The position numbers and the translations under genes are program-made. A stretch of 64,000 nt of DNA, from positions 1 through 64,000 of the forward strand of contig CAWBGA010000013.1 of NCBI GenBank assembly GCA_963788195.1. The letters run 5' to 3'. Shown in pieces: positions 49,412-60,819 of this stretch (position 1 is the stretch's first letter; the number at the start of each line of letters is the position of its first letter). Under the pieces are notes generated by a model. The model worked only from the letters and a program-made list of their open reading frames with translations. It was not told the DNA's origin and ran no database searches. The DNA comes from Nitrospirota bacterium (lineage in GTDB: Bacteria; Nitrospirota; Nitrospiria; Nitrospirales; NS-4).

Positions 49412-50089
49412 CTACGACCCGTATGAGATCGGTGCTTCTGACCTTCGGATGCTGAGGTCAGGTGCGGAAACCCGTTCGCTAATTGGTTGGGACATGACCA
49501 TTTCTCGTGGACCCGCAATGACCATGACAATTCCGGTGCGTGTGGTGGTTTTCGTTTTTCTCATAATATGCTTGATGTGTTCTTTCGCGGTCTGCTCCGA
49601 GATGCCCATGGCCTGAGCGATCTCCTTGTTGGTTACACCCTTCAAGAGCAGCTCCACCACAGTCGTTTCTCTCGGAGTGAGCTGGAACGCGTCCATTCTC
49701 CTGACGGATGTCCGAGGAATGATCATCTCCATGGTCAGGAGAATCCTTCGTTCCGATACGTGACCCTTCGCGGGCAAACCTATTCCATCCACGAAGATGC
49801 TTCCCTCCCGGCCTTCGATCACTCGTCTCACATTAAACGGTTCCCCATCCTTGTGACGACTGCGGTATTCCAACGTTTCAGCAATCTCGTTCACAATTTT
49901 TACAATTGGCAGGGGCAATCTGCCTTTTCGATCTTCTGTCATGACTGGCATCTGCGAGCAAAACCAGGCTGCACGATTATCGATCAAGAGAATCTGCCCA
50001 CGCGACGTCACCAGGAGGACGCCATGTCCGCCCCTCTGTGCTGCGAGGCACTGGGTCTCTTCAGAGTACTGATCACATCTCTCCACCAC
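49412..50089 (-). CDS. LuxR-family HTH transcriptional regulator with PAS-like N-terminus
   Basis: LTPRETTVVELLLKGVTNKEIAQAMGISEQTAKEHIKHIMRK. Confidence 0.9.
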   Translation of the reverse strand: MVERCDQYSEETQCLAAQRGGHGVLLVTSRGQILLIDNRAAWFCSQMPVMTEDRKGRLPLPIVKIVNEIAETLEYRSRHKDGEPFNVRRVIEGREGSIFVDGIGLPAKGHVSERRILLTMEMIIPRTSVRRMDAFQLTPRETTVVELLLKGVTNKEIAQAMGISEQTAKEHIKHIMRKTKTTTRTGIVMVIAGPREMVMSQPISERVSAPDLSIRRSEAPISYGS

Positions 50090-50479
50090 TGTCGTCTCCT
50101 CTCTTAGACAGGGTTGTAAGCAGACACCATAGAGAGTCCTTTGTGCTAGGCCGCTTCATTCACTTTGCGACGGGCAATAATCACGTAGGTCTTGTCCTTG
50201 ATATACGCGAGCAAATCGGCTGGCATCCAGCGGTCTATATGACCGCTGCCTTGGCAGAAACGGCAAGACTCCCGGGGTGGCATGCAGAAACATTTCCAGC
50301 GTGCGAGGACTTCCATGTTCAACCCTCCTTGGTGGATCCAAGGGCTGATTTCAGTCCCGGTGGGTACTCGAAATATGAACCCTATTGGCGAAGTGCCTTT
50401 AGATACGACGAACCTAAAACCTGGCTCTGTTCCTCGGGCAGAGTGTGGGTGGGAACACTAGGGGTATACATACATTATC

Positions 50480-50504
50480 TTTAGTATACTAAGTATATAC
50501 TAAA
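50480..50504. promoter_or_regulatory. AT-rich palindromic candidate operator
   Basis: TTTAGTATA-N7-TATACTAAA, containing the palindrome TTAGTATACTAA. Confidence 0.4.
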
Positions 50505-50639
50505 AGCAATCAATAGTATGCAATTAAAAGCATGCGGCGTAACCGGGCATCAACTAGGCCGAATGAGTCTATGAACCAGTTGGGTTCGGTGCGGCTGGCG
50601 TAGTCAAGGAGCTTCCCGACAACCACATTTCGCTCAGTG

Positions 50640-50668
50640 TTGACACGTTTTAGGACATATGTTATGAC
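50640..50668 (+). promoter_or_regulatory. Sigma70-type promoter
   Basis: TTGACA-17 bp-TATGAC with extended -10 TG, 9 nt before ATG 50678. Confidence 0.6.
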
Positions 50669-50677
50669 CCCACGCGA

Positions 50678-51361
50678 ATGAACCTCCCAGCGAGCTTCAT
50701 CGAGCTCGACGGCGTCTCAATCGATCGCCGAATTTTTACGACCCATTTTGTTTGTGATGTCGTGCTGCAAAACTGCAACTCGGCGTGTTGTCATCGCGGG
50801 TGTGTCATCACTCCCGCCGAGGTCGACCGGCTCAAGCCTCACAGCGACGGCATTGTGCGGTATCTTCCCGAGTCCAAGCAGGAATTTCTTCGCCTGGAAA
50901 AGGGAGAGTTTGTCGGCGACCCCACGCGTCAGCCGACGGATATCCAGCTGGATGAAGAATGGTCAATGATTCGATTCTTTCGTTCTCCCGAGGAGATGCG
51001 GTGCACCTGGGTGGTCGACGGCGGGTGCGTTTTTTTGTACCCATCCGTCACGGCGACCCCGCAAGACATGCCAACGCCTGTCCAGCATTGCGCCGTGCAT
51101 TCCTATGCCTTGGATCAAGGCCTCGACTGGACGTCATTTAAACAGGCGGACTGTGTTCAGTATCCCCTATGTGTCTATCATTCGGACCGGCGCACGTTTT
51201 TGGCTTTGCAGGAAGAGCCGGGCTCTGCGCGCGTGCCCTGCCTCAATAATTCGATCGGGCCGAGAATGTACCAAAGCCTCGGGAGCACGATCACATATCT
51301 ACTTGGCTCGGCTTTTAATGAGCAGGTCCAGGCGTACGGCCGCGCTCACTTTCCGGAGTGA
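50678..51361 (+). CDS. Cys-rich DUF3109-like protein
   Basis: FTTHFVCD..CNSACCHRG, GCVFL, CAVH, KQADCVQYPL. Confidence 0.7.
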   Translation: MNLPASFIELDGVSIDRRIFTTHFVCDVVLQNCNSACCHRGCVITPAEVDRLKPHSDGIVRYLPESKQEFLRLEKGEFVGDPTRQPTDIQLDEEWSMIRFFRSPEEMRCTWVVDGGCVFLYPSVTATPQDMPTPVQHCAVHSYALDQGLDWTSFKQADCVQYPLCVYHSDRRTFLALQEEPGSARVPCLNNSIGPRMYQSLGSTITYLLGSAFNEQVQAYGRAHFPE

Positions 51362-52641
51362 CGGGCCGGCGTGCGGGCAGCAGGGTTGAAGCCGAAATTA
51401 TTGCAATCGGCTCCGAACTCTTGCTGGGAGGATCGGCCGATACGAACTCGCTCTTTCTGGCAGACGAGCTGCTCAAGCTCGGAATCGAAGTCCGGTACAA
51501 GACGGTCGTCGGGGACACTGCGCAGGACATCGAGGAGGCTTTGCTCCATGCGTTGACACGGGCCCGTCTCGTGATCGTCACGGGGGGCCTAGGCCCAACA
51601 CAGGACGATATGACCCGCAAAGCCGTCGCGCGGGTGACCGGGCGGCAATTGGTTCTACATGAAGATGCGCTCGCGGCAATTAGCGAGCGACTTGCTGTAC
51701 GTGGCCGTCTTTTAACCCCGGAGCAGACCACCCAGGCCCTGATCCCCCGTCGCGCAACCATTATTCACAATCCGGTCGGCATTGCGCCCGGGTTTTTTCT
51801 CATCAAAGATGATCGCGGGCTCATGTGCCTTCCGGGAGTTCCATCCGAAATGAAGCTCATGTTCCTGGAAGGAGCCAGAGGATGCCTGGAGTCCTTGGCC
51901 GGGAAGGAGATTCATGGCAGTTTACTTCGGCGCCGGCTACGAACGTGTGGACTGACAGAGTCAGAAGTCGACAGGCGCCTCAGGGACCTCTACGACTCAG
52001 AGCCTACAGCTGTTCTCGGACTGCAGGCCAGCGAATCAGGCGTGGATGTCTCAATCACGGTCAATGCCCGCCACGCGGACTCGGCCCAGTCGACGATAAA
52101 GAGAATTGAGCGCGGCGTCCGTGAGCGACTGGCGCATTCTCTCTATGCCGCCGGGAGCCAGACGATGGAAGGCATCCTGGCGATGCAGCTCAAGGCCCGG
52201 CGGCTGACAGTGTCGGTTGCCGAGTCCTGCACAGGCGGATTGGTCGCCCAACGCCTTACTTCAATTCCCGGCAGCTCGAATTATTTCAACTGCGGCTATG
52301 TCGTCTATAGCAACAGGGCAAAGGTTGAAATGCTGAAAATTCCAAGAGCGCTTCTGAAAGAGAAGGGAGCTGTCAGTCGCGAGGTCGCAGCGGCAATGGC
52401 GGAAGCCGCGAGGGCCGGAGGCGCCACGGATCTGGGTTTAGCCGTCACGGGCATCGCGGGTCCCAGCGGGGGAACAAAGGACAAACCCGTCGGGCTGGTA
52501 TTCTGGGCCCTTGCCGATAAAAAACAGATCCTTTGTCGCTCCGCTATCTTTGGCGGTGACCGCGAGGCAATCCGGTATCGAGCCTCGCAAGCAGTGCTCG
52601 ATATGCTTCGGCGGTACATTTCCGGGAAGGCCATCGAGTAG
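51358..52641 (+). CDS. cinA: Competence/damage-inducible protein CinA (NMN deamidase domain)
   Basis: AEIIAIGSELLLG, TGGLGPTQDD, AESCTGG, GAVSREVA, VTGIAGPSGG. Confidence 0.95.
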   Translation: MTGRRAGSRVEAEIIAIGSELLLGGSADTNSLFLADELLKLGIEVRYKTVVGDTAQDIEEALLHALTRARLVIVTGGLGPTQDDMTRKAVARVTGRQLVLHEDALAAISERLAVRGRLLTPEQTTQALIPRRATIIHNPVGIAPGFFLIKDDRGLMCLPGVPSEMKLMFLEGARGCLESLAGKEIHGSLLRRRLRTCGLTESEVDRRLRDLYDSEPTAVLGLQASESGVDVSITVNARHADSAQSTIKRIERGVRERLAHSLYAAGSQTMEGILAMQLKARRLTVSVAESCTGGLVAQRLTSIPGSSNYFNCGYVVYSNRAKVEMLKIPRALLKEKGAVSREVAAAMAEAARAGGATDLGLAVTGIAGPSGGTKDKPVGLVFWALADKKQILCRSAIFGGDREAIRYRASQAVLDMLRRYISGKAIE

Positions 52642-52689
52642 ACCTCCTCGTCCACGAGCACGTAGATGATACTGAGCGGCGGATGAAGA

Positions 52690-52728
52690 CCCCCCTCACC
52701 CTAACGCTCTTCCTCCAGGGGCGAGGGG
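52690..52728. repeat. REP-like palindromic unit
   Basis: CCCCCTCACCCTAACGCTCTTCCTCCAGGGGCGAGGGG; CCCCTC/GAGGGG outer stem. Confidence 0.6.
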
Positions 52729-52735
52729 AAGAATA

Positions 52736-53341
52736 ATGTTCCGGGCGTTTATTGCCATTGAACTTTCTGCCGAGTTGAAGCGTCTCATAAGCGAGCTTCA
52801 GGCTGAGCTCAAACGCGGAATCCCTGAAATGGTGACCGTCAGCTGGATCCGTCCTGAAGCCATGCATCTCACCCTGCGATTTCTTGGTGATATCGAGGAA
52901 TCGCAGGTCGAGGCAATCACCGATGTCCTCCAGATGGGAGCTGCGCCACTCCGGCCCTTCACCCTGGAAGCACGGGGCGTGGGGGGATTTCCAACGCCCG
53001 CGCGCGCTCGAGTGCTGTGGGTGGGATTGTTGGGTGATGAAGAGGGGATGGGTGCGCTGCGCAATCTTCAGACGACCATTGAGGAAGGAGTTGTCACAAT
53101 GGGGTGTATGAGAGAGGACAGGCCCTTCACCCCGCATTTAACGTTGGCGCGTATCAAAGACGGGCGGGCGAGCGGTCCTGTACGGAGACTGCTGATGAAT
53201 GAGTCCGATCGGAGGGTCGGTGAGTTTCACGCCGGTGTCGGTGTCGCTGATCAAGAGCGAACCACGCCCGACGGGGTCGGTCTACACCTCTTTGGTGGAA
53301 GTGCCGTTCGGCGTTCAGGTATAATCATCAACCAACTTTAG
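52736..53341 (+). CDS. thpR: RNA 2',3'-cyclic phosphodiesterase (2H family); C-terminus probably frameshifted
   Basis: [14 protein letters not shown] and PHLTLAR HxT motifs. Confidence 0.9.
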   Translation: MFRAFIAIELSAELKRLISELQAELKRGIPEMVTVSWIRPEAMHLTLRFLGDIEESQVEAITDVLQMGAAPLRPFTLEARGVGGFPTPARARVLWVGLLGDEEGMGALRNLQTTIEEGVVTMGCMREDRPFTPHLTLARIKDGRASGPVRRLLMNESDRRVGEFHAGVGVADQERTTPDGVGLHLFGGSAVRRSGIIINQL

Positions 53342-53429
53342 ACCGCGCTCAGGAAACCCGTGGCGCTGTCTAACAAAGCGCCGCAGCGGACTCGGTGAAC
53401 CAATGCCTTACCCGGAAAAGGAGACACTA

Positions 53430-54545
53430 ATGGGCGACCGAGACGAAAAAAGACGTGCGATGGAACTTGCGATCACGCAGATCGAGAAGCAATTCGGCAA
53501 GGGATCGATCATGAAACTCGGCACCGCGGACATCCCGGCTGATGTGCCTGTGATACCCACGGGATCCCTCGGCCTTGATCTGGCGCTTGGCATCGGCGGC
53601 ATACCGCGCGGCCGGGTCATCGAAATCTACGGGCCGGAATCCTCGGGCAAAACAACGTTGACGCTGCATATCATCGCCGAAGCGCAAAAGGCCGGCGGGA
53701 CCGCGGCCTTCATTGATGCCGAGCATGCGCTTGATCTTTCGTATGCCGAAAGGTTGGGGGTCAACAGCAGCGAACTGTTGGTTTCCCAGCCGGATACCGG
53801 AGAGCAGGCGCTGGAGATCACAGAGACACTTGTCCGCAGCGGCGCCATGGACGTCATTGTGATCGATTCCGTGGCTGCCCTCGTACCCCGCGCTGAGCTG
53901 GAAGGGGACATGGGGGACGCGCACATGGGCTTGCAGGCGCGTCTGATGTCCCAGGCGCTGCGCAAGCTGACGGCCTCCATTTCACGCTCGCACACCTCTG
54001 TGATTTTCATCAATCAGATCCGGATGAAAATCGGCGTGATGTTCGGGAACCCGGAGACCACCACGGGTGGGAACGCGTTAAAGTTTTACGCTTCCGTGCG
54101 TCTCGACATTCGCCGGATCGAATCCATCAAAGAGGGACAGGACGTACACGGCAGCCGTGTCCGGGTCAAGGTCGTCAAGAACAAGATGGCGCCTCCCTTT
54201 AAGCAGGCTGAGTTTGACGTCATGTTCGCGGAGGGGATTTCCAAGACGGGAGAACTCATCGACATCGGAGTGGAACGCAAGGTGGTCGACAAAAGCGGCG
54301 CGTGGTTCAGCTACGGGAGCGAGCGGATCGGGCAGGGACGCGACGCGGCCAAAGAATTTTTAAAGATGCATCCCGCGGTCGCTCTGGAAATTGAGGCCAA
54401 AATTCACGAGGCCGTGGGGTTGCGGGCGAAGCCGGCCGCTGCCCGATCACAGGCGAGATTGAATGCATCCAGCAAACCTGCTGCTGAAAAGCGTGTAGAA
54501 GAGAAGCGTGCAGAAGAAAAGCGCGCTCCCGCCGGCAGGGTCTAG
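53430..54545 (+). CDS. recA: Recombinase A
   Basis: [45 protein letters not shown]. Confidence 0.99.
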   Translation: MGDRDEKRRAMELAITQIEKQFGKGSIMKLGTADIPADVPVIPTGSLGLDLALGIGGIPRGRVIEIYGPESSGKTTLTLHIIAEAQKAGGTAAFIDAEHALDLSYAERLGVNSSELLVSQPDTGEQALEITETLVRSGAMDVIVIDSVAALVPRAELEGDMGDAHMGLQARLMSQALRKLTASISRSHTSVIFINQIRMKIGVMFGNPETTTGGNALKFYASVRLDIRRIESIKEGQDVHGSRVRVKVVKNKMAPPFKQAEFDVMFAEGISKTGELIDIGVERKVVDKSGAWFSYGSERIGQGRDAAKEFLKMHPAVALEIEAKIHEAVGLRAKPAAARSQARLNASSKPAAEKRVEEKRAEEKRAPAGRV

Positions 54546-54564
54546 CGGAGAGCGAGGAATAGCG

Positions 54565-55083
54565 GTGAAGACGGGAAAAGCGGCCGCCCTTGACCCACTT
54601 ACGACGGCGGTCCGCTTTTTAACCTATGGCGACCGAAGCACCAAAGAGGTGATCGACTTTCTGCGCGGTCGCGGATACTCCACTTCGGTCATTCGAGTCA
54701 CGCGACGAACGCTTGAACGCCTTGGCTATCTTAATGATGAGCAGGCCGCGCGCCATCTGGCTCAATCTCAAATGCAACGTCGACCGATGGGTCGGAGCGC
54801 CCTCCAGGCCATCTTGAGCAGTCGAGGGTTTGATGAAAGACTTGTCGATCTGGCTGTCAGCGAGGCCTATGAAGGCAAGACAGAAGAGGAAGTGGCGGCT
54901 CGCTTCCTTCGTTCATTGCCCGTCAGATTTCCCGATGCAATGCGAGAAACCAGACGCAGAGCGACCGCACTTGCGACTCGTGGATTCCCTCAGGAATTGA
55001 TCGAGCCGTTGTGGTATCAGAACTCTCCGATCAGGGTACATCCTGATGCCTACCGGCCACGAACTCCGCCAAGGCTTCCTTGA
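54565..55083 (+). CDS. recX: Regulatory protein RecX
   Basis: AVRFLTYGDRSTKEV, LGYLNDE, LSSRGF; directly after recA. Confidence 0.85.
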   Translation: MKTGKAAALDPLTTAVRFLTYGDRSTKEVIDFLRGRGYSTSVIRVTRRTLERLGYLNDEQAARHLAQSQMQRRPMGRSALQAILSSRGFDERLVDLAVSEAYEGKTEEEVAARFLRSLPVRFPDAMRETRRRATALATRGFPQELIEPLWYQNSPIRVHPDAYRPRTPPRLP

Positions 55084-57685
55084 TTACTTCCATCGACATG
55101 GCCACACCGTCGTTTCGAGCGCTTCCTTGATACCCCAGGCGGACCGTTCGCTGCTGTTCACGAACGCCGGCATGGTTCCATTTAAAGGGGTATTTTTGGG
55201 TGAAGACCAGCGGGGATACGTGCGTGCCGCGTCGTCCCAGAAGTGTCTTCGAGCCGGAGGCAAGCACAACGATCTCGAGAATGTCGGCCATACGGGCCGG
55301 CATCATACCTTCTTTGAGATGCTCGGCAACTTTTCCTTCGGCGATTATTTCAAAGCGGACGCGATCCGGTTCGGCTGGGAGTATCTCACCGCCGTCCTTC
55401 AACTTCCCAAAGACCGTTTGTGGGCCACGGTCTACCAGGATGATGATGAGGCGTTTGACCTATGGGTGAAGACAGGTGTGCCCTCTTCTCGCATCATGCG
55501 CTGCGGCGACAAGGACAATTTTTGGCAGATGGCGGAGACCGGCCCCTGCGGGCCATGCTCTGAAATCCATTACGATCACGGCCCATCTGTACCCGGCGAT
55601 GCCGTTCCCAATGGCGAGGGGGACCGGGTCTTGGAGATCTGGAATCTGGTCTTCATGCAGTATCATCGCGATGAGTCGGGCAAACTGCACCCGCTGCCGA
55701 AACCCAGCATCGATACCGGCATGGGTTTAGAGCGGCTTGCGGCGGTCGTGCAGGGAAAGACGACGAACTATGATTCGGATCTCTTCCGGCCGATCATCCG
55801 GGCCATCGAAGACGCCGCTGGCCGAGCCTATGGTGCCTCTTCACAAGACGACCGAGCCATGCGTGTCATTGCCGATCACCTGCGTGCCATCACGTTCCTG
55901 ATCGCGGACGGGATCTTGCCGTCGAATGAAGGCCGCGGTTACGTCTTGCGGCGCATCCTTCGCCGCGCCGGGCGCTACGGGCGGGTGCTGGGTCTCGGCT
56001 TCGAAGGCCCGTTCCTGGACACGCTCACGGACACAGTCATCGAGCACATGAAAACCGCCTACCCCGAACTCGTGCGGATGAAAAGCACCATTCATCACGT
56101 CACCAATGCGGAGGAGGGCCGGTTTCTGGAGACGCTGGACAAGGGGCTCCGACTGCTTGATGAGATCGTCGAAGAGGCGAAGCGCTCAGGGCAGACCGTC
56201 ATCTCCGGTGAGGCGCTGTTTAAATTGTACGACACGTATGGATTCCCACTGGATCTCGCCGCGGATTCCGCCAGAGACCAGGGGATGAGCCTGGATGAAG
56301 CCGGATTCCAAGTGGCTCTGCAACAGCAACGGGAACGCGCGCGGAAGAGCACGGGGTTCGAAGCCATCAAGGCCAAGGCAATCTATGCCGAAGCCAGTCG
56401 CGTCGCGACGCCTACGGTGTTCGTCGGCTATGAGCAGTTCGACACGCAGTCGACCGTGCTGGCCATGATCAAGCACGAAGGGCTTGCGAAGGAGGTCGCG
56501 GAAGGCGACGACGTGGAGGTGGTGCTCGATCGGACGCCGTTTTACGCCGAAGGCGGCGGCCAGGTCGGCGATCAAGGCGTCTTGACAGGGCCGGAGGGCA
56601 CGGTCGAGATCAAACAGACGATCAAGCCGACTCCGGAGCTATTTGTCCATCAGGGCGTCGTCACGCGTGGGCGAATCCGACAGGGAGACGTGGTGCACGC
56701 CAGCCTCGATCTGTCTCTCCGATCGGCGGCGGCGCGCAACCACACCGGCACTCATCTGCTGCATGCGGCGCTGCGCGAGGTTCTGGGGCCTCATGTCAAG
56801 CAGTACGGCTCCCTGGTGGCGCCGAACCGCCTGAGATTCGACTTCGCGCATTTTTCCCCGCTGCGGCCCACACAGCTCGAAGAGGTGGAGGCACTGGTGA
56901 ATGAGCGGATTCGCGTGAATGATCAAGTTGAGACGAAGATCATGGGGATCACCGATGCGGTTGACCAGGGCGCGCTCGCCTTTTTCGGCGACAAGTACGG
57001 CGACACTGTGCGGGTGGTCGAGATCGACGGATTCAGCAAAGAGCTCTGCGGCGGCACGCACTGTCGCCATACCGGTGAGATCGGACTTTTTCAGCTGGTC
57101 TCCGAAACGGGCGTGGCCGCCGGCGTTCGCCGGGTGGAGGCTCAGGCCGGCGAGGGCGCCTACGAACTGCTCAAGCAGCGCGAAGCGCAGTTCCGGGAGT
57201 TGGCGGATCTTTTCAAGACCAATCCACCCGATGTCCTCCCGAAGGCTCGTAAGCTGATGGCCTCTCTCAAGGAGAAAGATCAGGAACTGGAAAAGCTCAA
57301 AGCCCGTCTGGCATCCGGTGGGGCGGGCGGCGCCACTGGCGAGACGCGCAGCGTCACGGGGGTCACGGTGTATGTGCAAAGGGTGGACGGATTGGAGATG
57401 AACGACCTGCGCGGCCTGGCCGATACCCTTCGCGACAAAATGAAGTCGGCCGTTATCGCACTCGGTTCCGTCAAGGACGGAAAGGCCGCCTTGTTGCTGG
57501 CTGTTACAAAGGATCTCTGCGGACGGTTCCCGGCGGGCGAGCTCATAAAACCTCTGGCGGCCGCTATCGGAGGGACTGGTGGAGGACGTCCGGAGATGGC
57601 GCAGGCCGGCGGCAAACAAACCGATCAGCTTGACATGGCGCTGGCTCAAATCTTTTCGGAGGTCGAGCGGAAGGCGAGCGCTTGA
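55046..57685 (+). CDS. alaS: Alanine-tRNA ligase
   Basis: LLFTNAGM, HHTFFEMLGNFSFGDYFK, DTGMGLER, HTGTHLLH, ELCGGTH, GGGRP. Confidence 0.99.
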   Translation: MPTGHELRQGFLDYFHRHGHTVVSSASLIPQADRSLLFTNAGMVPFKGVFLGEDQRGYVRAASSQKCLRAGGKHNDLENVGHTGRHHTFFEMLGNFSFGDYFKADAIRFGWEYLTAVLQLPKDRLWATVYQDDDEAFDLWVKTGVPSSRIMRCGDKDNFWQMAETGPCGPCSEIHYDHGPSVPGDAVPNGEGDRVLEIWNLVFMQYHRDESGKLHPLPKPSIDTGMGLERLAAVVQGKTTNYDSDLFRPIIRAIEDAAGRAYGASSQDDRAMRVIADHLRAITFLIADGILPSNEGRGYVLRRILRRAGRYGRVLGLGFEGPFLDTLTDTVIEHMKTAYPELVRMKSTIHHVTNAEEGRFLETLDKGLRLLDEIVEEAKRSGQTVISGEALFKLYDTYGFPLDLAADSARDQGMSLDEAGFQVALQQQRERARKSTGFEAIKAKAIYAEASRVATPTVFVGYEQFDTQSTVLAMIKHEGLAKEVAEGDDVEVVLDRTPFYAEGGGQVGDQGVLTGPEGTVEIKQTIKPTPELFVHQGVVTRGRIRQGDVVHASLDLSLRSAAARNHTGTHLLHAALREVLGPHVKQYGSLVAPNRLRFDFAHFSPLRPTQLEEVEALVNERIRVNDQVETKIMGITDAVDQGALAFFGDKYGDTVRVVEIDGFSKELCGGTHCRHTGEIGLFQLVSETGVAAGVRRVEAQAGEGAYELLKQREAQFRELADLFKTNPPDVLPKARKLMASLKEKDQELEKLKARLASGGAGGATGETRSVTGVTVYVQRVDGLEMNDLRGLADTLRDKMKSAVIALGSVKDGKAALLLAVTKDLCGRFPAGELIKPLAAAIGGTGGGRPEMAQAGGKQTDQLDMALAQIFSEVERKASA

Positions 57686-58705
57686 AAGCTCTGCTCGTGT
57701 TCACGGGCGCACTGGTGCTGATCCTCGCAGTCGCGTGGTACGCGCACCGGGCCCTAGATCTTCCGCCCGATAATATAGAGACGCACCGCGTCGTGGTGAT
57801 TCCCCCCGACGCCTCATTCACAACTGTTGCCGGGCTGTTGGCTCAGAAGGGTCTCCTCGTCAGTCCTTTCTGGTTCCGGGTTCTCGGCAAGGTTCAGGGC
57901 GTCGAGCGAAAGATCCAGCCAGGGGAATATGACCTCCATACCAGGATGCGGCCGCCGGAGATCCTCGATGCTCTCATCAAGGGCAAGGTCGTTCAGTACA
58001 GTGTCCTGATTCCGGAAGGATTCACGGCGGCTCAGGTCGCCACGTTATTGAAGGATGCGGGTCTTGCGGACGAGGCGGCTATCATGAGGCTTATGCGGAA
58101 CCCCAGCTTCGTGAAGTCTTTGGGCGTCAACGCTGCGACCTTGGAGGGGTACCTCTACCCCGATACCTACCACTTTCCCCGCCACACGCCACCGGAGGAG
58201 ATTTTGAAAACCATGGTAGGAAAATTTCACCAGGTCTTTACGCCTGAAGTGAAGGCGCGGGCGGTCGGCGCTCAACATGACCGAGCACGAGGTGGTGACG
58301 CTCGCGTCCATCATCGAGAAGGAAACGGGGCAGGAGGACGAACGGCCTCTGATCGCCGCGGTGTTTCAGAACCGTCTCAGAAAGAAGTACCCGCTGCAAA
58401 GCGATCCGACGGTGATCTATGATATTCCCAACTTCGACGGAAACCTCACCCGCGCGCAATTGACCACGTCCACGCCGTACAATACATACATGCATGCCGG
58501 GTTGCCTCCCGGGCCGATCGCAAACCCCGGGATCAAGTCCATCCTGGCAGCGCTGCATCCGGCGCCCGTAAGCTATTTGTATTTTGTCTCGAAGAACGAC
58601 GGCAGCCATCAGTTCTCCTCGACCCTCGAGGAGCACAATCAGGCGGTCCACCATTATCAAAAGAAAAGGATTCGACCGAGCGCGGAGCGACAGAAGCATC
58701 AATGA
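57682..58705 (+). CDS. mltG: Endolytic transglycosylase, frameshift near 58265
   Basis: IPEGFT, LEGYLYPDTY, then LASIIEKET, LQSDPT, PYNTY..GLPPGPI in ORF 58277..58705. Confidence 0.93.
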
Positions 58706-59287
58706 GACCGCTGGTTGTCCTGATCATGCTTCTATGTGGTTCTATCGCGTCGGCCGGCGCGGACATCTGGGCGTGCAAAAATCCTGATGGCAGCGAGACG
58801 TTTTCCGATGGCAGCACCGGCCCGCAGTGCCGACGACTGCAGAACTTGCCCGAATTAATCCCCGCACCGGTGATGCCTTCTCAGGACAGGCAGCCCGATG
58901 TGGAAAGCCAGGCGTCAGGCAGATCGCAGCCGGTCTCCGCATGCCGGAGGCGGGCGCCAAATCGATCCTCCTGCCGATGATGCGATCTATATCCGGGACG
59001 TCAAGGCGGTGCCAAACTATAACAGCACACTCGGCACCGCCCACTATCAGGCCAACATGCGGCTCATGAACGGCGATCCCGATTGGACCGCCGCCCAGGT
59101 GTGTATCGATGTGCATTTCCGCGACCGCGCCAAGATCTTCATTGATGTGCATCAAAAAGGGTGTCTTGAAGACCTCAAACCACTGGACGATCGCGCGCTC
59201 ACGGTCATCTATAGGGGCACAATTCCTCCGCGGCTCTCACCCATTGAAGCCGAGGCGCACGTGTCCTCGGTCAAATGGGTTAAATAA
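58702..59287 (+). CDS. DUF4124-like exported protein, frameshifted
   Basis: Signal peptide; ADIWACKNPDGSETFSD; continues in ORF 58898..59287. Confidence 0.6.
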
Positions 59288-59311
59288 AGATATCGGCAAA
59301 AGGAGAACTCC

Positions 59312-60350
59312 GTGGTACCGACGGTTGAATGGAAAGAGGGCATCGTCCGAATACTGGATCAAAGTCGCCTGCCGGACAAGATCGAGTTCGTGGACTGCCG
59401 GGACTATGAGACGGTCGCCATTGCCATTAAAGAATTGTGGGTGCGTGGCGCGCCTGCGATCGGCATCACCGCGGCCATGGGTGTCGCCCTTGGGGCGCAG
59501 GGTCTCAAGTCGCTCGATTACGAGACATTCCAGAAGGAAGTCCTCGAAATAGCCGACCATCTGGCCAAAACGCGCCCCACGGCCGTGAATCTGTTCTGGG
59601 CCATCTCCCGAATGAAAAGAACGCTCGCGGCTTTGAAAGACGAATCCATTGCCGACATCAAACTCCTGCTGGTCGCTGAGTCGCAAGCCATCCTGAACGA
59701 AGACATCGCCATGAACCGCGAGATCGGACGGCATGGCAATGCAGTGATTGGTCAGGAGCAGACGATTCTGACTCACTGCAATGCCGGCGCGCTGGCGACA
59801 GGCGGCTATGGGACGGCGCTGGGGGTCGTCCGGGCCGCCTGGGATGCCGGAAAGAAGATCCAGGTCCTGGCCGATGAGACGAGGCCGGTGCTTCAAGGCG
59901 CGCGCCTCACGGCCTGGGAGTTGATGCAGGACGGCATTCCGGTCACCGTGATCACTGATAACATGGCGGGGTCACTGATGCAGCGGCGGAAAGGTCGATG
60001 TGTGTGTCGTAGGCGCCGACCGTATCGCGGCCAATGGCGATGTGGCCAATAAGATCGGCACCTATAGCGTCGCCGTCCTCGCGCATGCTCATGGAATCCC
60101 TTTCTATGTGGCCGCGCCCAGCTCCACAATCGACCTCGCGACGGCGACCGGCGATCTCATACCCATTGAGCAACGCGATCCTCGAGAGGTCACTCACGTG
60201 CGCGGGGAAACAGTGATCGCGCCGGATGGAGTGGGGGTCGACAATCCGGCCTTTGACATCACTCCCGCGCGCTTAATTACCGGCATTATTACGGAAAAAG
60301 GCATTTTCGCTCCGTCCGAGCTTGCCGCTCGGATGCGCGACACAGTATAG
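59312..60350 (+). CDS. mtnA: S-methyl-5-thioribose-1-phosphate isomerase, frameshift near 59990
   Basis: [58 protein letters not shown]. Confidence 0.95.
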
Positions 60351-60360
60351 TACGCCTGTC

Positions 60361-60783
60361 ATGATTGAACGGACACTTGCCATCATCAAGCCGGACGCCA
60401 CCGGACGGCAGCAGACAGGAGCTATCATCCAACGATACGAGCAGGCCGGATTAATGCTGGTCGCGTTGAAACTCCTGCGGCTGACGAAGGTTCAGGCGGA
60501 AGGCTTTTACTACGTCCATAAGCAGCGCCCTTTCTTTGATAGTTTGTGCAGCTTCATGTCATCCGGGCCGATCGTTGTCTTGGCTCTTGAAGGCGAGGAT
60601 GCCATCAAGCGGCATCGTGATCTCATGGGCGCAACCGATCCGGCGAAAGCCGCGGAAGGAACGCTGCGCAAGGCGTTCGGCACACACATTGAACATAACG
60701 CGGTCCATGGGTCTGATTCCCCTGAAACCGCGCAGTTTGAGCTCGGCTTCTTTTTCAATGCGCTGGAGCTGCCCCCACGCTGA
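60361..60783 (+). CDS. ndk: Nucleoside diphosphate kinase
   Basis: ERTLAIIKPD, FMSSGP, NAVHGSDS. Confidence 0.97.
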   Translation: MIERTLAIIKPDATGRQQTGAIIQRYEQAGLMLVALKLLRLTKVQAEGFYYVHKQRPFFDSLCSFMSSGPIVVLALEGEDAIKRHRDLMGATDPAKAAEGTLRKAFGTHIEHNAVHGSDSPETAQFELGFFFNALELPPR

Positions 60784-60819
60784 AACGGTTCACGGCTTTC
60801 GCTCTGACCTGCGCTCCCT

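Noticed and set aside
56639..57649. Long antisense ORFs (also 38235..39110, 47762..48634, 21437..22333, 63029..63748)
   Set aside because: Shadow frames of well-supported genes on the opposite strand, expected with high-GC codon bias.
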